Shown here: in pieces, positions 29,490 through 38,167 of the stretch
How positions within the stretch are numbered: the stretch's first letter is position 1
How the letters are laid out: each line of letters begins with the position of its first letter
Assembly: GCA_048498835.1 (NCBI GenBank)
Contig: JBEHXF010000006.1
Location: 1 to 55,878 of the forward strand
Direction: 5' to 3'
DNA from: Chlamydiota bacterium
GTDB lineage: Bacteria > Chlamydiota > Chlamydiia > Chlamydiales > SM23-39
DNA: 55,878 nucleotides
Position numbers and translations under genes: made by a program
Notes under the pieces: generated by a model
The model's input: the letters and a program-made list of their open reading frames with translations, nothing else
The model's database searches: none
Told to the model about the DNA's origin: nothing

Positions 29490-30162
29490 AAGATTCTCGT
29501 CTTTTGAGGGCAGCTTTCACGATTTTGAGATATTCGAGCCTTGTATTTTGTTCTCTAATTCCGATGTTGTTTCCGTGAATTCTCCTCCGAAAGACGGTAT
29601 CGGATAGCATTACATGTTTCATTCCCGCTTCAGTAGCCCGCATATACCAGTCAATGAAAAGACCGATGGGATTTTTCTCATTCATGAAACCCACTTTTTC
29701 GAACGTAGCTTTTCGAAAAAGACCTGCGGCGGCTAAATATCCGGGGGAACTACCGGGAGGACAGCGCCATTTTTCTCGGATTTGATCCGGAAGTGCAGGA
29801 CAGATGAATTGTTCTACATGGCCAAATACCATGTCTAAGTGGGGGGTGGATTGGAGATGAGCCACTTGCGAAGCAATTTTATGTGGATAGTAGAGATCGT
29901 CTGCATCCAAAAACGAGATGTAATCACCTGTTGCTTCGCGGATGCCTCGATTTTGAGTTGCGGGTTGTCCCTGATTGTCTTGATGGAACGATCGTATGAA
30001 GGGCGCATACTTGTTGATTATGGCTCGTGTGTTATCGGTAGATCCATCATTGATGATGAGGAGTTCTAGGTGAGGATAGGTCTGTGCCAGGACGCTCTCA
30101 ATAGCGGCCTCCAGGTACTTTTCTCCATTATAAACAGCGATAATTATGCTAACTGTAGACAT
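29473..30162 (-). CDS. glycosyltransferase family 2
   Basis: VSIIIAVYNGEKYL, INDGSTD, FLDADD and RRRIHGNN. Confidence 0.92.
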   Translation of the reverse strand: MSTVSIIIAVYNGEKYLEAAIESVLAQTYPHLELLIINDGSTDNTRAIINKYAPFIRSFHQDNQGQPATQNRGIREATGDYISFLDADDLYYPHKIASQVAHLQSTPHLDMVFGHVEQFICPALPDQIREKWRCPPGSSPGYLAAAGLFRKATFEKVGFMNEKNPIGLFIDWYMRATEAGMKHVMLSDTVFRRRIHGNNIGIREQNTRLEYLKIVKAALKRRESCGSYT

Positions 30163-31250
30163 TGGGTAAACAGTTCCTCGTATTGGTTGAGATTTTCTTC
30201 CAGATGAAAGGTTTTTTTTGCCCAATCTTGAGCGTTTTTGCCCATTTGCTCTGTTTTGTGGGGATTGGAAAGAAGCAATTGCATGGCTTCGAAAAAAGCT
30301 GAGGGGTCTTGAGGAGTTACTAAAAGTCCTCTTTCTCCATGACAAACAATTTCTGGCAATCCGCCGATGTTGGATGCGATGACGGGCCGTCCCATCTGCA
30401 TGGATTCTAGCGCGACCAGTCCAAACCCTTCATAAATGGAGGGCATGACAACGAGAGTAGATTGGTTGATGACTGAATAAATCGCCTCGCTATCTCTCAG
30501 CAACCCGCCTGTGAATGTGACGGAACTTCGCAAGCCCAGTTGATCGAGTCGGTGTTCTAAGTAGGGACGCTCGGCTCCTTCTCCAGCGATGATGAGACGG
30601 GCAGGAGATCCGCTCTGTTTTAATAGAGAAAACGCTTCGACTCCTGTATCGAATCCTTTTTCATAAGAGAGCCGGCCTAAGAAGAGGATAGTGGGAGGAG
30701 AAAAAGGGAGGGGAGATGGCTCTAGGGTGGGCATTTTGATGCCGTAATAGATCATTTTGATTTTATCTTTGTGATCGGGCAAATCGTTTTCCATCGTTAT
30801 TTGTCCCCATTTCGATGCGCAGCAAAGCTGATCGATCTGAGAGCAAATTTGTCTAGTGATCTGAGGAACGTCGCCATTGTAATAAGGAGAATGGATGGTG
30901 GCGACGACAGGAATAGGAAAGAGTTGGCGGAAGAGTAAAAACCCAAATGCGCTTCCATTAGCTAGGGTATTTAAATAGAGGACGTCAGGTTGAAATTCGC
31001 GCGCGATTTGGGTTAGCGATTCTTTGATGGCTCCGATCAATTTAAGATTTCTGTTTTTCAATATGGAGTCGAAATCGAAACGTTTAATCGTCGTGTTTTG
31101 ATAGATTTCTGGCTCGTTTTCGCCACCTTTTTGTGCAATGACAAGACAGCGATGGCCTCTTTTCTCCATTCCTTCAACAAATTGTAGAATTTGAGTCTCT
31201 ACGCCGCCAATGCAGGGCCAAAATCGATCAGACCAGAGCAAAATGTTCAT
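30144..31250 (-). CDS. glycosyltransferase family 4
   Basis: GGVE, GRLSYEKG, EGFGLVALE and GGLPE. Confidence 0.92.
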   Translation of the reverse strand: MNILLWSDRFWPCIGGVETQILQFVEGMEKRGHRCLVIAQKGGENEPEIYQNTTIKRFDFDSILKNRNLKLIGAIKESLTQIAREFQPDVLYLNTLANGSAFGFLLFRQLFPIPVVATIHSPYYNGDVPQITRQICSQIDQLCCASKWGQITMENDLPDHKDKIKMIYYGIKMPTLEPSPLPFSPPTILFLGRLSYEKGFDTGVEAFSLLKQSGSPARLIIAGEGAERPYLEHRLDQLGLRSSVTFTGGLLRDSEAIYSVINQSTLVVMPSIYEGFGLVALESMQMGRPVIASNIGGLPEIVCHGERGLLVTPQDPSAFFEAMQLLLSNPHKTEQMGKNAQDWAKKTFHLEENLNQYEELFTQCLQLA

Positions 31251-32328
31251 ACACTTTCTCATATTGACGTAAGTTTTTTTGTTGGGAGAAATCGAGAGCT
31301 CTGTTTCTTCCTTCTTTTCCCATTCTAATTCCCTCTTCAGGGTGCGTCAGAATTTCCTCAATTGCATGGGCGAGAGCAATTGGATCGTGAGGGGGGACTA
31401 GGAGGCCTGTTTCACCGTGTGAAACGATTTCTGGCAGTCCTCCTACGTTGGAGGCGATGACTGGTCGCTCCATTTGGAGAGCTTCCAGCGCGACGAGTCC
31501 GAATGATTCAAAATAAGAGGGGACTAAGACGATGCTTGCCTGATTGATGAAAGTGGGGATGTGGTCCATTGAGATCGAACCTACAAATTCTACCGATTCA
31601 GAGAGGTGAAGATCTTTGGTCAGCTGTCTCAATCTCGATTCTTCAAAGCCATTTCCGATGATGCGTAGACGTGCGTCAGGTCTTCTTTTTTTTAGGTGTG
31701 CTAAAGCTTGTATCGCCGTATCGAATCCCTTTTCTATGCTCAATCTGCCAACAACTAGAAGGATTGGTGGGAAAAAATGGAGAGGAGAAGGGGGTATTTT
31801 GGGGAGGGGCAATCCGTTGTAGATGAGGTGCAGCTTCTCTTTCACTTGGGGCACCAGTTTTTCTAATTCCCGAAGGACCCATTTAGATACGCAGCAAATG
31901 GCATCGACTTGGAGGCAGATTTTTTCGACTAAGGAGAAAGGGGGTTTTTGATAGTAGAGAGGAGAGTGAACCGTGAGGATGACAGGCATGTGGAATTTTC
32001 TTCTAAAAATAGAAAAGACGAAGGAACTCGTTCCGATGCATTGATTCAAGTGGACGATGTCGGGGGCAAAGTGTTGGATTAGCTTATTGAGATAAGCTTC
32101 GATTTTACTGAGTTGGTTCAGCGCCTTACTTTCGATGATTCCTTTAAAGTCGAAGCGTTTGATTGGAATATTTCGATACGTCTCTTCTTCTGGTTGTTGG
32201 GGATCCAGTTGTGCGATGACGAATGGAACGTGACCATTTTCTAGAAGACTTTCGACGAAGCGAAGGGCTTGCGTTTCAATCCCGCCGATTCGAGGCCAAA
32301 ATCCATCGGTCCAAAACAAGATTTTCAT
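31228..32328 (-). CDS. glycosyltransferase family 4
   Basis: GGIE, GRLSIEKG, ESFGLVALE and GGLPE; paralog of the next gene; ATGA overlap with the kinase gene. Confidence 0.92.
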   Translation of the reverse strand: MKILFWTDGFWPRIGGIETQALRFVESLLENGHVPFVIAQLDPQQPEEETYRNIPIKRFDFKGIIESKALNQLSKIEAYLNKLIQHFAPDIVHLNQCIGTSSFVFSIFRRKFHMPVILTVHSPLYYQKPPFSLVEKICLQVDAICCVSKWVLRELEKLVPQVKEKLHLIYNGLPLPKIPPSPLHFFPPILLVVGRLSIEKGFDTAIQALAHLKKRRPDARLRIIGNGFEESRLRQLTKDLHLSESVEFVGSISMDHIPTFINQASIVLVPSYFESFGLVALEALQMERPVIASNVGGLPEIVSHGETGLLVPPHDPIALAHAIEEILTHPEEGIRMGKEGRNRALDFSQQKNLRQYEKVYEHFALV

Positions 32329-33326
32329 AAGATTTTTTCGATCCATTTTGGAGCTTGGGTCAGATCTGCTCCTAAGTGGAGCCGATAGCAGGGGAGACTT
32401 TCGGCTACTTTTTTCAGGTGATGAAAGACGGGGGGACCGGTATGGGTGAGTTGCCATAGAGTCGAGGCCGTCAGGGGTGCGAGAACCTCATGGGAAGCGA
32501 TCGGCTCTAGCCAGCTCTCTTGATCTGGTTCAATCTGCAAGGAAAGAATTGCTTTTAAGGGTGAGCTCAACAAGATTTTTTGCGGCTGAAAGGTGTGGTG
32601 ATAGAAAAACGCCTTTTCTTTTTCGCTGCGCCAAGTGTTAGCGACATGCGCTTTGAGCTCAGGGAACCATTGAAGCGTTCGCTCTTCGATCTTGGCTGAG
32701 TTATAGATGCTGTGGACTTGAAGAGGGGACTTATTTCCGACTAAACAATAATCTTCGCCGAGGTATTGCATTCCCGCTTTCATGCAAGAGAGAGAGGTAG
32801 TTGATTTCCCTGACCCACTTTTCCCAGCCATTAATACGGCCCCCTGGGGATAGCCAACGGCTGCTGCATGGGTCAATTGGAACCCTTTTGTCTGGAGCCA
32901 CCAATGGAAGAGCAACTGGAAGGGAGAGCCTCCAATCCACCACGGTAATTTAGTTTGGATTCGATAGAGAGCGAGGTTCCTTTCTTTGTCAAAGAGATGG
33001 AGCACTTGAGTGTGAATATCGGCGACCGTGTAGAATCGGTCTGTGTTGTATCCGGTCACCTCTCCTCGCATGGCGCGTGAAACATAAGGCCAAGAGATAG
33101 GTGAATCATTCCAGATACAAATGGTGAAATCCACCGATTCTGAAGCTTCTATTCGGAGATGCTCTAAGGCAGGCCCCAAGCGATTGACTAAATCGATACT
33201 GGCAAAATGCAAGCAGATGACAAAACCCGCTAAGCGGTAATAGCTCTTGTATTCACCTTTCTCGGTGCTGGAGAGGAAATGGTGATAACATTCATCGAAG
33301 AAAAGCTGCGGCTGATCTTCTTTCAT
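32325..33326 (-). CDS. HPr-kinase-related P-loop serine kinase
   Basis: HAAAV, Walker A GKSGSGKST and YLGEDY. Confidence 0.85.
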   Translation of the reverse strand: MKEDQPQLFFDECYHHFLSSTEKGEYKSYYRLAGFVICLHFASIDLVNRLGPALEHLRIEASESVDFTICIWNDSPISWPYVSRAMRGEVTGYNTDRFYTVADIHTQVLHLFDKERNLALYRIQTKLPWWIGGSPFQLLFHWWLQTKGFQLTHAAAVGYPQGAVLMAGKSGSGKSTTSLSCMKAGMQYLGEDYCLVGNKSPLQVHSIYNSAKIEERTLQWFPELKAHVANTWRSEKEKAFFYHHTFQPQKILLSSPLKAILSLQIEPDQESWLEPIASHEVLAPLTASTLWQLTHTGPPVFHHLKKVAESLPCYRLHLGADLTQAPKWIEKIL

Positions 33327-33742
33327 CGAGTTGGGGATGTTTCGGGCCAGCCAGCTTCGGTCACTTCGTGAATCGGATCGATTAAGAGTAGATTTTGAAC
33401 ATCGGTATAAGTCTGCATTCTAGGGGGAATATAGTCTCCATCTTGGAAGATGATTTGCGGGGCCGATTCGTCAGGTACGCATAGTTCAATTAATTCCGCT
33501 TCGAGCAGCTGATCAATGAAAGAGCGAATGTCGCAAGAGACGTTTACCAAGTCCTGTTTGTAGTGCGAGGCAATGAGTAGAGTGATTTGTTGCAGAGGAA
33601 TCTGTTTTTCGATCAATTGCCAAATGTCTTTGGCAACATGGAGGAGGGCATAATAGTTGCCCGTATTGAAATCGATCACAATGACCTCTGTGTTGAGGAC
33701 TTCATAAACGACCCGGGATCGCTGAATGGAATAAGCTATCAT
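33323..33742 (-). CDS. PqqD/RRE-domain protein with a C-terminal leader/core-like extension
   Basis: EVIVIDFNTGNYYAL, IWQLI and DIRSFIDQLLEAELI (RRE pattern), followed by YIPPRMQTYTDVQNLLLIDPIHEVTEAGWP. Confidence 0.85.
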   Translation of the reverse strand: MIAYSIQRSRVVYEVLNTEVIVIDFNTGNYYALLHVAKDIWQLIEKQIPLQQITLLIASHYKQDLVNVSCDIRSFIDQLLEAELIELCVPDESAPQIIFQDGDYIPPRMQTYTDVQNLLLIDPIHEVTEAGWPETSPTR

Positions 33743-33811
33743 GAAATATCTCGATTTTCAAAAAATTCCCTCTTGGTATAGCTGAAATGTGTTCGAATGT
33801 AAAATACAATT

Positions 33812-34537
33812 TTAGCTGAGGGAAGATGCCGCAAAATTTGCATGGATTTTGCGTCTTTGAATTTCTTTTTCGATCGAGGTAATTCTATTGCTTTCCAGAG
33901 GATGTCCTTGCAAAACATAATAGATAAATGCGTTGGTAATTGCTTTGGCTTGTTCGTAGAGGGTGATTGCAGAAGACCATTCTGTAGCTCGTAGCTGGCT
34001 TTTCATTTGGAAAAATTCGATACCTCCTTGTAATTCTTCTAGAGTTGCCTGTTCGCAAGCGAATGCATCGGCTCTTCTCTCTGCGATCATCCCTTCAAAT
34101 ACCTGTGTGGTGATTCTCATGATAACATACGCGTGATAGATCATGGGGAGGGGGAAAAAAATATGCGCTACGATCAGTACGATTAAATCTATGACCGTAT
34201 GCATCTGAGAGTCTCGATGATGGATGTGGCCGCATTCGTGAAGAAGGATGAATCGTTGCGACGCTTCTTTTAGATTTCGGAGGGCGGCATTTACGACGAC
34301 GACATGTCGAGAGGCTAAAGTAGTAAAAGTGTAGGCAGAAGGTCGAGACTCAAGTCCTTTATTTTCCTCAAGCAAAACGAAGGTTTCAGGAAAAGGGCGA
34401 TTGCCGGGCAGGGGAATAATTTGTCCCCAGCAACTTTGCTGCTGATCATTGGGTAAACTCGTTTCTAAATAGCCATATTTAGAGGCGTTTAGCAGGAATA
34501 CAAAACTGGTGGTTAACGGATCGATGTTTGAAAGCAT
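33812..34537 (-). CDS. M48/M56-like membrane zinc metallopeptidase
   Basis: HECGH (HExxH), TM hairpin, ERRAD, and HP....R. Confidence 0.75.
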   Translation of the reverse strand: MLSNIDPLTTSFVFLLNASKYGYLETSLPNDQQQSCWGQIIPLPGNRPFPETFVLLEENKGLESRPSAYTFTTLASRHVVVVNAALRNLKEASQRFILLHECGHIHHRDSQMHTVIDLIVLIVAHIFFPLPMIYHAYVIMRITTQVFEGMIAERRADAFACEQATLEELQGGIEFFQMKSQLRATEWSSAITLYEQAKAITNAFIYYVLQGHPLESNRITSIEKEIQRRKIHANFAASSLS

Positions 34538-34649
34538 AAGTCGTTCTTTTTTAGCCGCGTAAATTTATCTTTTAATGAACTTTTGGTCAAGAAGTGTGTT
34601 GAAATAATTCTTGAATAAAGTTTTTTCTTGTCGTAGGATGTCTCTCCTT

Positions 34650-35675
34650 ATGCGCATGATCATCTTTCTTTTTATCTTAGCTGGGGTTGGATTTGCACAA
34701 GAGCGCTTGTCGTCGCCTCAGCCAATATTGATTACAGGCGTTGCTGGCTTCATCGGCTTTCATACAGCAAGAGAAGCCAATCGACGTGGCTATCAGGTAG
34801 TGGGATTTGATCATTTCAATGATTACTATGATCCGGCCCTTAAAATGCGAAGAGCGGAACTTTTGAAAAAGGAGGGAATCGAGGTCTTGACGGCCGATTT
34901 GTGTGATTTCGAGCGAATCCGAGAGATTTTTGAAGCTCGCGATTGGGTAGGAGTGATTCATTTAGCGGGGCAAGCAGGCGTTCGAGCGTCCGTTGATAGT
35001 CCACAAACTTATATTGAATCCAATATCGTCGGGAGTTGGTTCCTCTTTGAGCTCAATCGAAAGAAAAAAATTCCGATCGTATTAGCCTCTTCCTCCTCTG
35101 TCTATGGCGATCAGGATTCTGGGTCTTTTTCAGAATTTGATAGGACGGACGAGCCTCTTTCACTTTATGCAGCCACCAAAAAATCGGTGGAGATGATTGC
35201 TCACTCTTATCATGCCGTTCATGGAATGCCAATCACGTGTCTTCGCTTTTTTAGCGTTTATGGCCCTTGGGGACGTCCTGATATGGCTTATTACTCCTTT
35301 GCGCGCAATATCGCCAAGGGCGTGCCGATTACTGTCTATGGGCAGGGAGCGCTTTTAAGAGATATGACCTACGTAGATGATGTTGTGCAGGGCATTTTCC
35401 TGAGTTTAGAGCAATGTTCAGGCTATCGGATTTACAATCTCGGTTGCTCAGAACCTCGTTCTGTCGCTGAGTTAATCTTTGAATTAGAACGATCGCTTGG
35501 TATTCCAGCTCGCCAAATCTATGCTGAAAAACCGAATGCGGATGCTCTTCGCACCCATGCCGATATTTCTAAATCGGAGGCTGAATTGGGATATCACCCG
35601 ACAGTTTCGCTCCGAGAGGGAATTGAACGCTTTGTCGCTTGGTTTCGCGAATACGAACCAGAGGTGTTTCGATGA
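34650..35675 (+). CDS. NAD-dependent epimerase (UDP-glucuronate 4-epimerase-like) with signal peptide
   Basis: GVAGFIG, HLAGQAGVR, ASSSSVYG, YAATKK and VYGPWGRPDMA. Confidence 0.9.
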   Translation: MRMIIFLFILAGVGFAQERLSSPQPILITGVAGFIGFHTAREANRRGYQVVGFDHFNDYYDPALKMRRAELLKKEGIEVLTADLCDFERIREIFEARDWVGVIHLAGQAGVRASVDSPQTYIESNIVGSWFLFELNRKKKIPIVLASSSSVYGDQDSGSFSEFDRTDEPLSLYAATKKSVEMIAHSYHAVHGMPITCLRFFSVYGPWGRPDMAYYSFARNIAKGVPITVYGQGALLRDMTYVDDVVQGIFLSLEQCSGYRIYNLGCSEPRSVAELIFELERSLGIPARQIYAEKPNADALRTHADISKSEAELGYHPTVSLREGIERFVAWFREYEPEVFR

Positions 35676-36544
35676 TTCGTTATTTTTTTCTACTTATTCT
35701 TGCTTTATCGGTTTTTGGGCAAGAGCGACACTACTTGAGTATTTGTACGATTTTCCAAAATGAAGCTCCCTATTTAAAAGAATGGATTGAATATCACCGG
35801 CTGATGGGAGTTTCTCATTTTTATCTTTATAACAATCGAAGCGAAGATCACTTTCGAGAAGTATTGGCTCCTTATGTTGAGCAAGGAATTGCCGAGCTAA
35901 AAGATTGGCCCCCTTTTGCAGTCGATTTAAGCCGAGAGCAAACGCTTCAGGAATGGAGGCAGTATCAACCCGCAGCCTATAATGATTGCATACAAAGCTG
36001 CTCTTCCGATTGGTTGGCTGTGATCGATGTGGATGAGTTCATTGTTCCGATGAAACACCCGGATTTGTTGGCCTATTTATCGACATTTGATCGACAAGAA
36101 GAGATCGGGGGGATTCGGATCAATTGGCAAATTTATGGCACATCAAAACTTCCCAACATTCCAGAGGGCCAGCTTCTCATTGAAAGCTTGCTGTGGAAGG
36201 CGAAGCCCGATTATTTTAAAAACCAGATGGTCAAGTTAATCGTTCGCCCGAAAGCGATTCGGAAGATGATGGTCCATTATGCCGAATATAAAGAAGGGTA
36301 TTCTTCTTGGCCTAATTACAGTGGACGGTCGCAGCCTCCTCTCTGGATTGATGAGATCCGTATCAATCATTATTGGACCCGCGCGGAAGACTTTTTCTAT
36401 TCAGTAAAGGGCGGAAGACTCTTAAAAAAACATGAGGAGAAATACCAAGAGGTGGTGGATCGCGATGCAAAGGACTTAAATCTGATATATGACCCGCTAT
36501 TACTTCCCCTCGCTCCAAGACTTAAAGAGATCCTTCGATATTAG
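35672..36544 (+). CDS. glycosyltransferase family 92-like protein
   Basis: NEAPYLKEWIEYH, HFYLYNN, IDVDEF and INHYWTR. Confidence 0.85.
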   Translation: MIRYFFLLILALSVFGQERHYLSICTIFQNEAPYLKEWIEYHRLMGVSHFYLYNNRSEDHFREVLAPYVEQGIAELKDWPPFAVDLSREQTLQEWRQYQPAAYNDCIQSCSSDWLAVIDVDEFIVPMKHPDLLAYLSTFDRQEEIGGIRINWQIYGTSKLPNIPEGQLLIESLLWKAKPDYFKNQMVKLIVRPKAIRKMMVHYAEYKEGYSSWPNYSGRSQPPLWIDEIRINHYWTRAEDFFYSVKGGRLLKKHEEKYQEVVDRDAKDLNLIYDPLLLPLAPRLKEILRY

Positions 36545-37310
36545 CCTTGTATTGCTTGAGGTATGGTTCCCAAAGATGGGGATAATGGGCTTGAATAGCA
36601 GCATCGATATCTTGAATATAGGGCATTGGAATTTGTTTTGAGTGATAGTCGAGATCTTTCCCTTTTGAATGAGAGCCGCCGGTGCTGATGTGTTGTTCAT
36701 GATAGGAATCAAGAGTCTGCTCGCTCACCATACGCAGGTATTCTTCGTTCAAAAAATCGGGCATGATTTCTCCCAAGAAAGCGACCATTTTAGCCACTTG
36801 CTCAACGGGGTTTGCTAAGAGGTCTTCATAACGAATCAATAATCTATGTTCAGGTTCCCATTGATCATAGAGCGATAGATTGGCTATATAGTGTTTGACT
36901 ACTTCTTTATTTTGTAAAAATAGGTCTCGATATTCCTCAGCACTATTATAACTTAACACCCTTCGATGGATACATTCGCGATAATTTCTTAAAATAAATA
37001 AAAGTTTATTGCCATTTTTATTCATTCCATCTAGTTTTTCGGCGTGATGAGTTCTAAAGAGGGGTAGTTTGGAATAATCGAGAGAAATGCCAAGTCGATT
37101 ATTGGAGGTTACAGAACGATTGATTTGATCCATAAACCAAATTGGTTTATTGGTGGCTGCCTGAATGTAACAAGAGGCTAAATTTGTTCCAGATCGGGGA
37201 AAGGTGAGTAAAAATTGCTGGTTCATCTCTGCTAAGGAAACTGGATGAGGCAATGCACTGAATCCCTGGATTGTAAAGAAGAGACAGAGGATGTGTGTGA
37301 ACCGTTTCAT
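36522..37310 (-). CDS. sulfotransferase domain protein
   Basis: TFPRSGTN (5'-PSB loop), ILRNYRE and RYEDL. Confidence 0.8.
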   Translation of the reverse strand: MKRFTHILCLFFTIQGFSALPHPVSLAEMNQQFLLTFPRSGTNLASCYIQAATNKPIWFMDQINRSVTSNNRLGISLDYSKLPLFRTHHAEKLDGMNKNGNKLLFILRNYRECIHRRVLSYNSAEEYRDLFLQNKEVVKHYIANLSLYDQWEPEHRLLIRYEDLLANPVEQVAKMVAFLGEIMPDFLNEEYLRMVSEQTLDSYHEQHISTGGSHSKGKDLDYHSKQIPMPYIQDIDAAIQAHYPHLWEPYLKQYKANIEGSL

Positions 37311-37315
37311 GCAGC

Positions 37316-38167
37316 TTACCAGTTGTTATCTTGTTCATATCCTAAGTCAATCAAGGCCTGTCCTAGCCTTCTTTTGAAAGCATCCTTGTGCATCGGTTTA
37401 AAGAATGATTTCCACGCTCCTATTTTACCCTCACGGAAGGTGCTTTGGTAATCTTTAAAGTCTTTCTTTCCAAAGGGATTATCTGTGTTGCCGTATAGAT
37501 GGAGCGCTAGACTTTCAATTTCATTGTCAGAGAAAAACACACCGATGTGATTCGCGATCTTTCGCAGCGTTTGAAGTTGTTTTTCTCTCTCTCCACCTCC
37601 CTCAACGCCAATGAGGTCTTCATAGCGGCAAATCAAGATAGCCGGATTAGATGATAAATACACGGCTTGGTGAGCTACCTTTTGCAACCCGAGTTGAAGG
37701 TTGATTTTAGGGGGCTGTAATTCATATTCCTGCTCGATGACAAAGAGGAGTTGTTGATCAAAGTCTAGCTCTTTAAAGGCAGCTAATTTTTGGGGAAAAT
37801 TGGTAAACTCTGGCCAGGTTCCCTTTAAAATTTGGTGCACGATAGAGACACTCACATCGCGTAAATCGCGGATGCCGAGAATTTGTTTTACGGGCGAGTT
37901 GGAATAGTAGGTGAGGAGGCTTTCCGATAAGACGCAATGAGTATAGGGGAATTGGCTTTGGTTATACCACTCTGCAAGCGAAGGGGATGTCGTATGCCAG
38001 GCGGGAGTGAAGCCCGTCATAAAATGCAGCGTTTTGATCAGAAGATGAGACCCGGCTTTGGGAACGGTAAAGAGGGCAAAAGGTTCTGGGCGAGAGTCCT
38101 GGACTTGGTAAGCTCCAAGCTTAGCAATGAGGAAGCACAGAAGAAGGGATAGCCCCTTTTTGTTCAT
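37316..38167 (-). CDS. sulfotransferase domain protein
   Basis: TVPKAGSHL, IRDLRDVSVS, RYEDL and FREGKIGAWK. Confidence 0.85.
   Translation of the reverse strand: MNKKGLSLLLCFLIAKLGAYQVQDSRPEPFALFTVPKAGSHLLIKTLHFMTGFTPAWHTTSPSLAEWYNQSQFPYTHCVLSESLLTYYSNSPVKQILGIRDLRDVSVSIVHQILKGTWPEFTNFPQKLAAFKELDFDQQLLFVIEQEYELQPPKINLQLGLQKVAHQAVYLSSNPAILICRYEDLIGVEGGGEREKQLQTLRKIANHIGVFFSDNEIESLALHLYGNTDNPFGKKDFKDYQSTFREGKIGAWKSFFKPMHKDAFKRRLGQALIDLGYEQDNNW

Noticed and set aside
28536-33742. canonical lasso peptide or PQQ biosynthesis cluster
   Set aside because: No lasso cyclase, B2 transglutaminase-like protease, pqqB/C/E or radical SAM gene in the window
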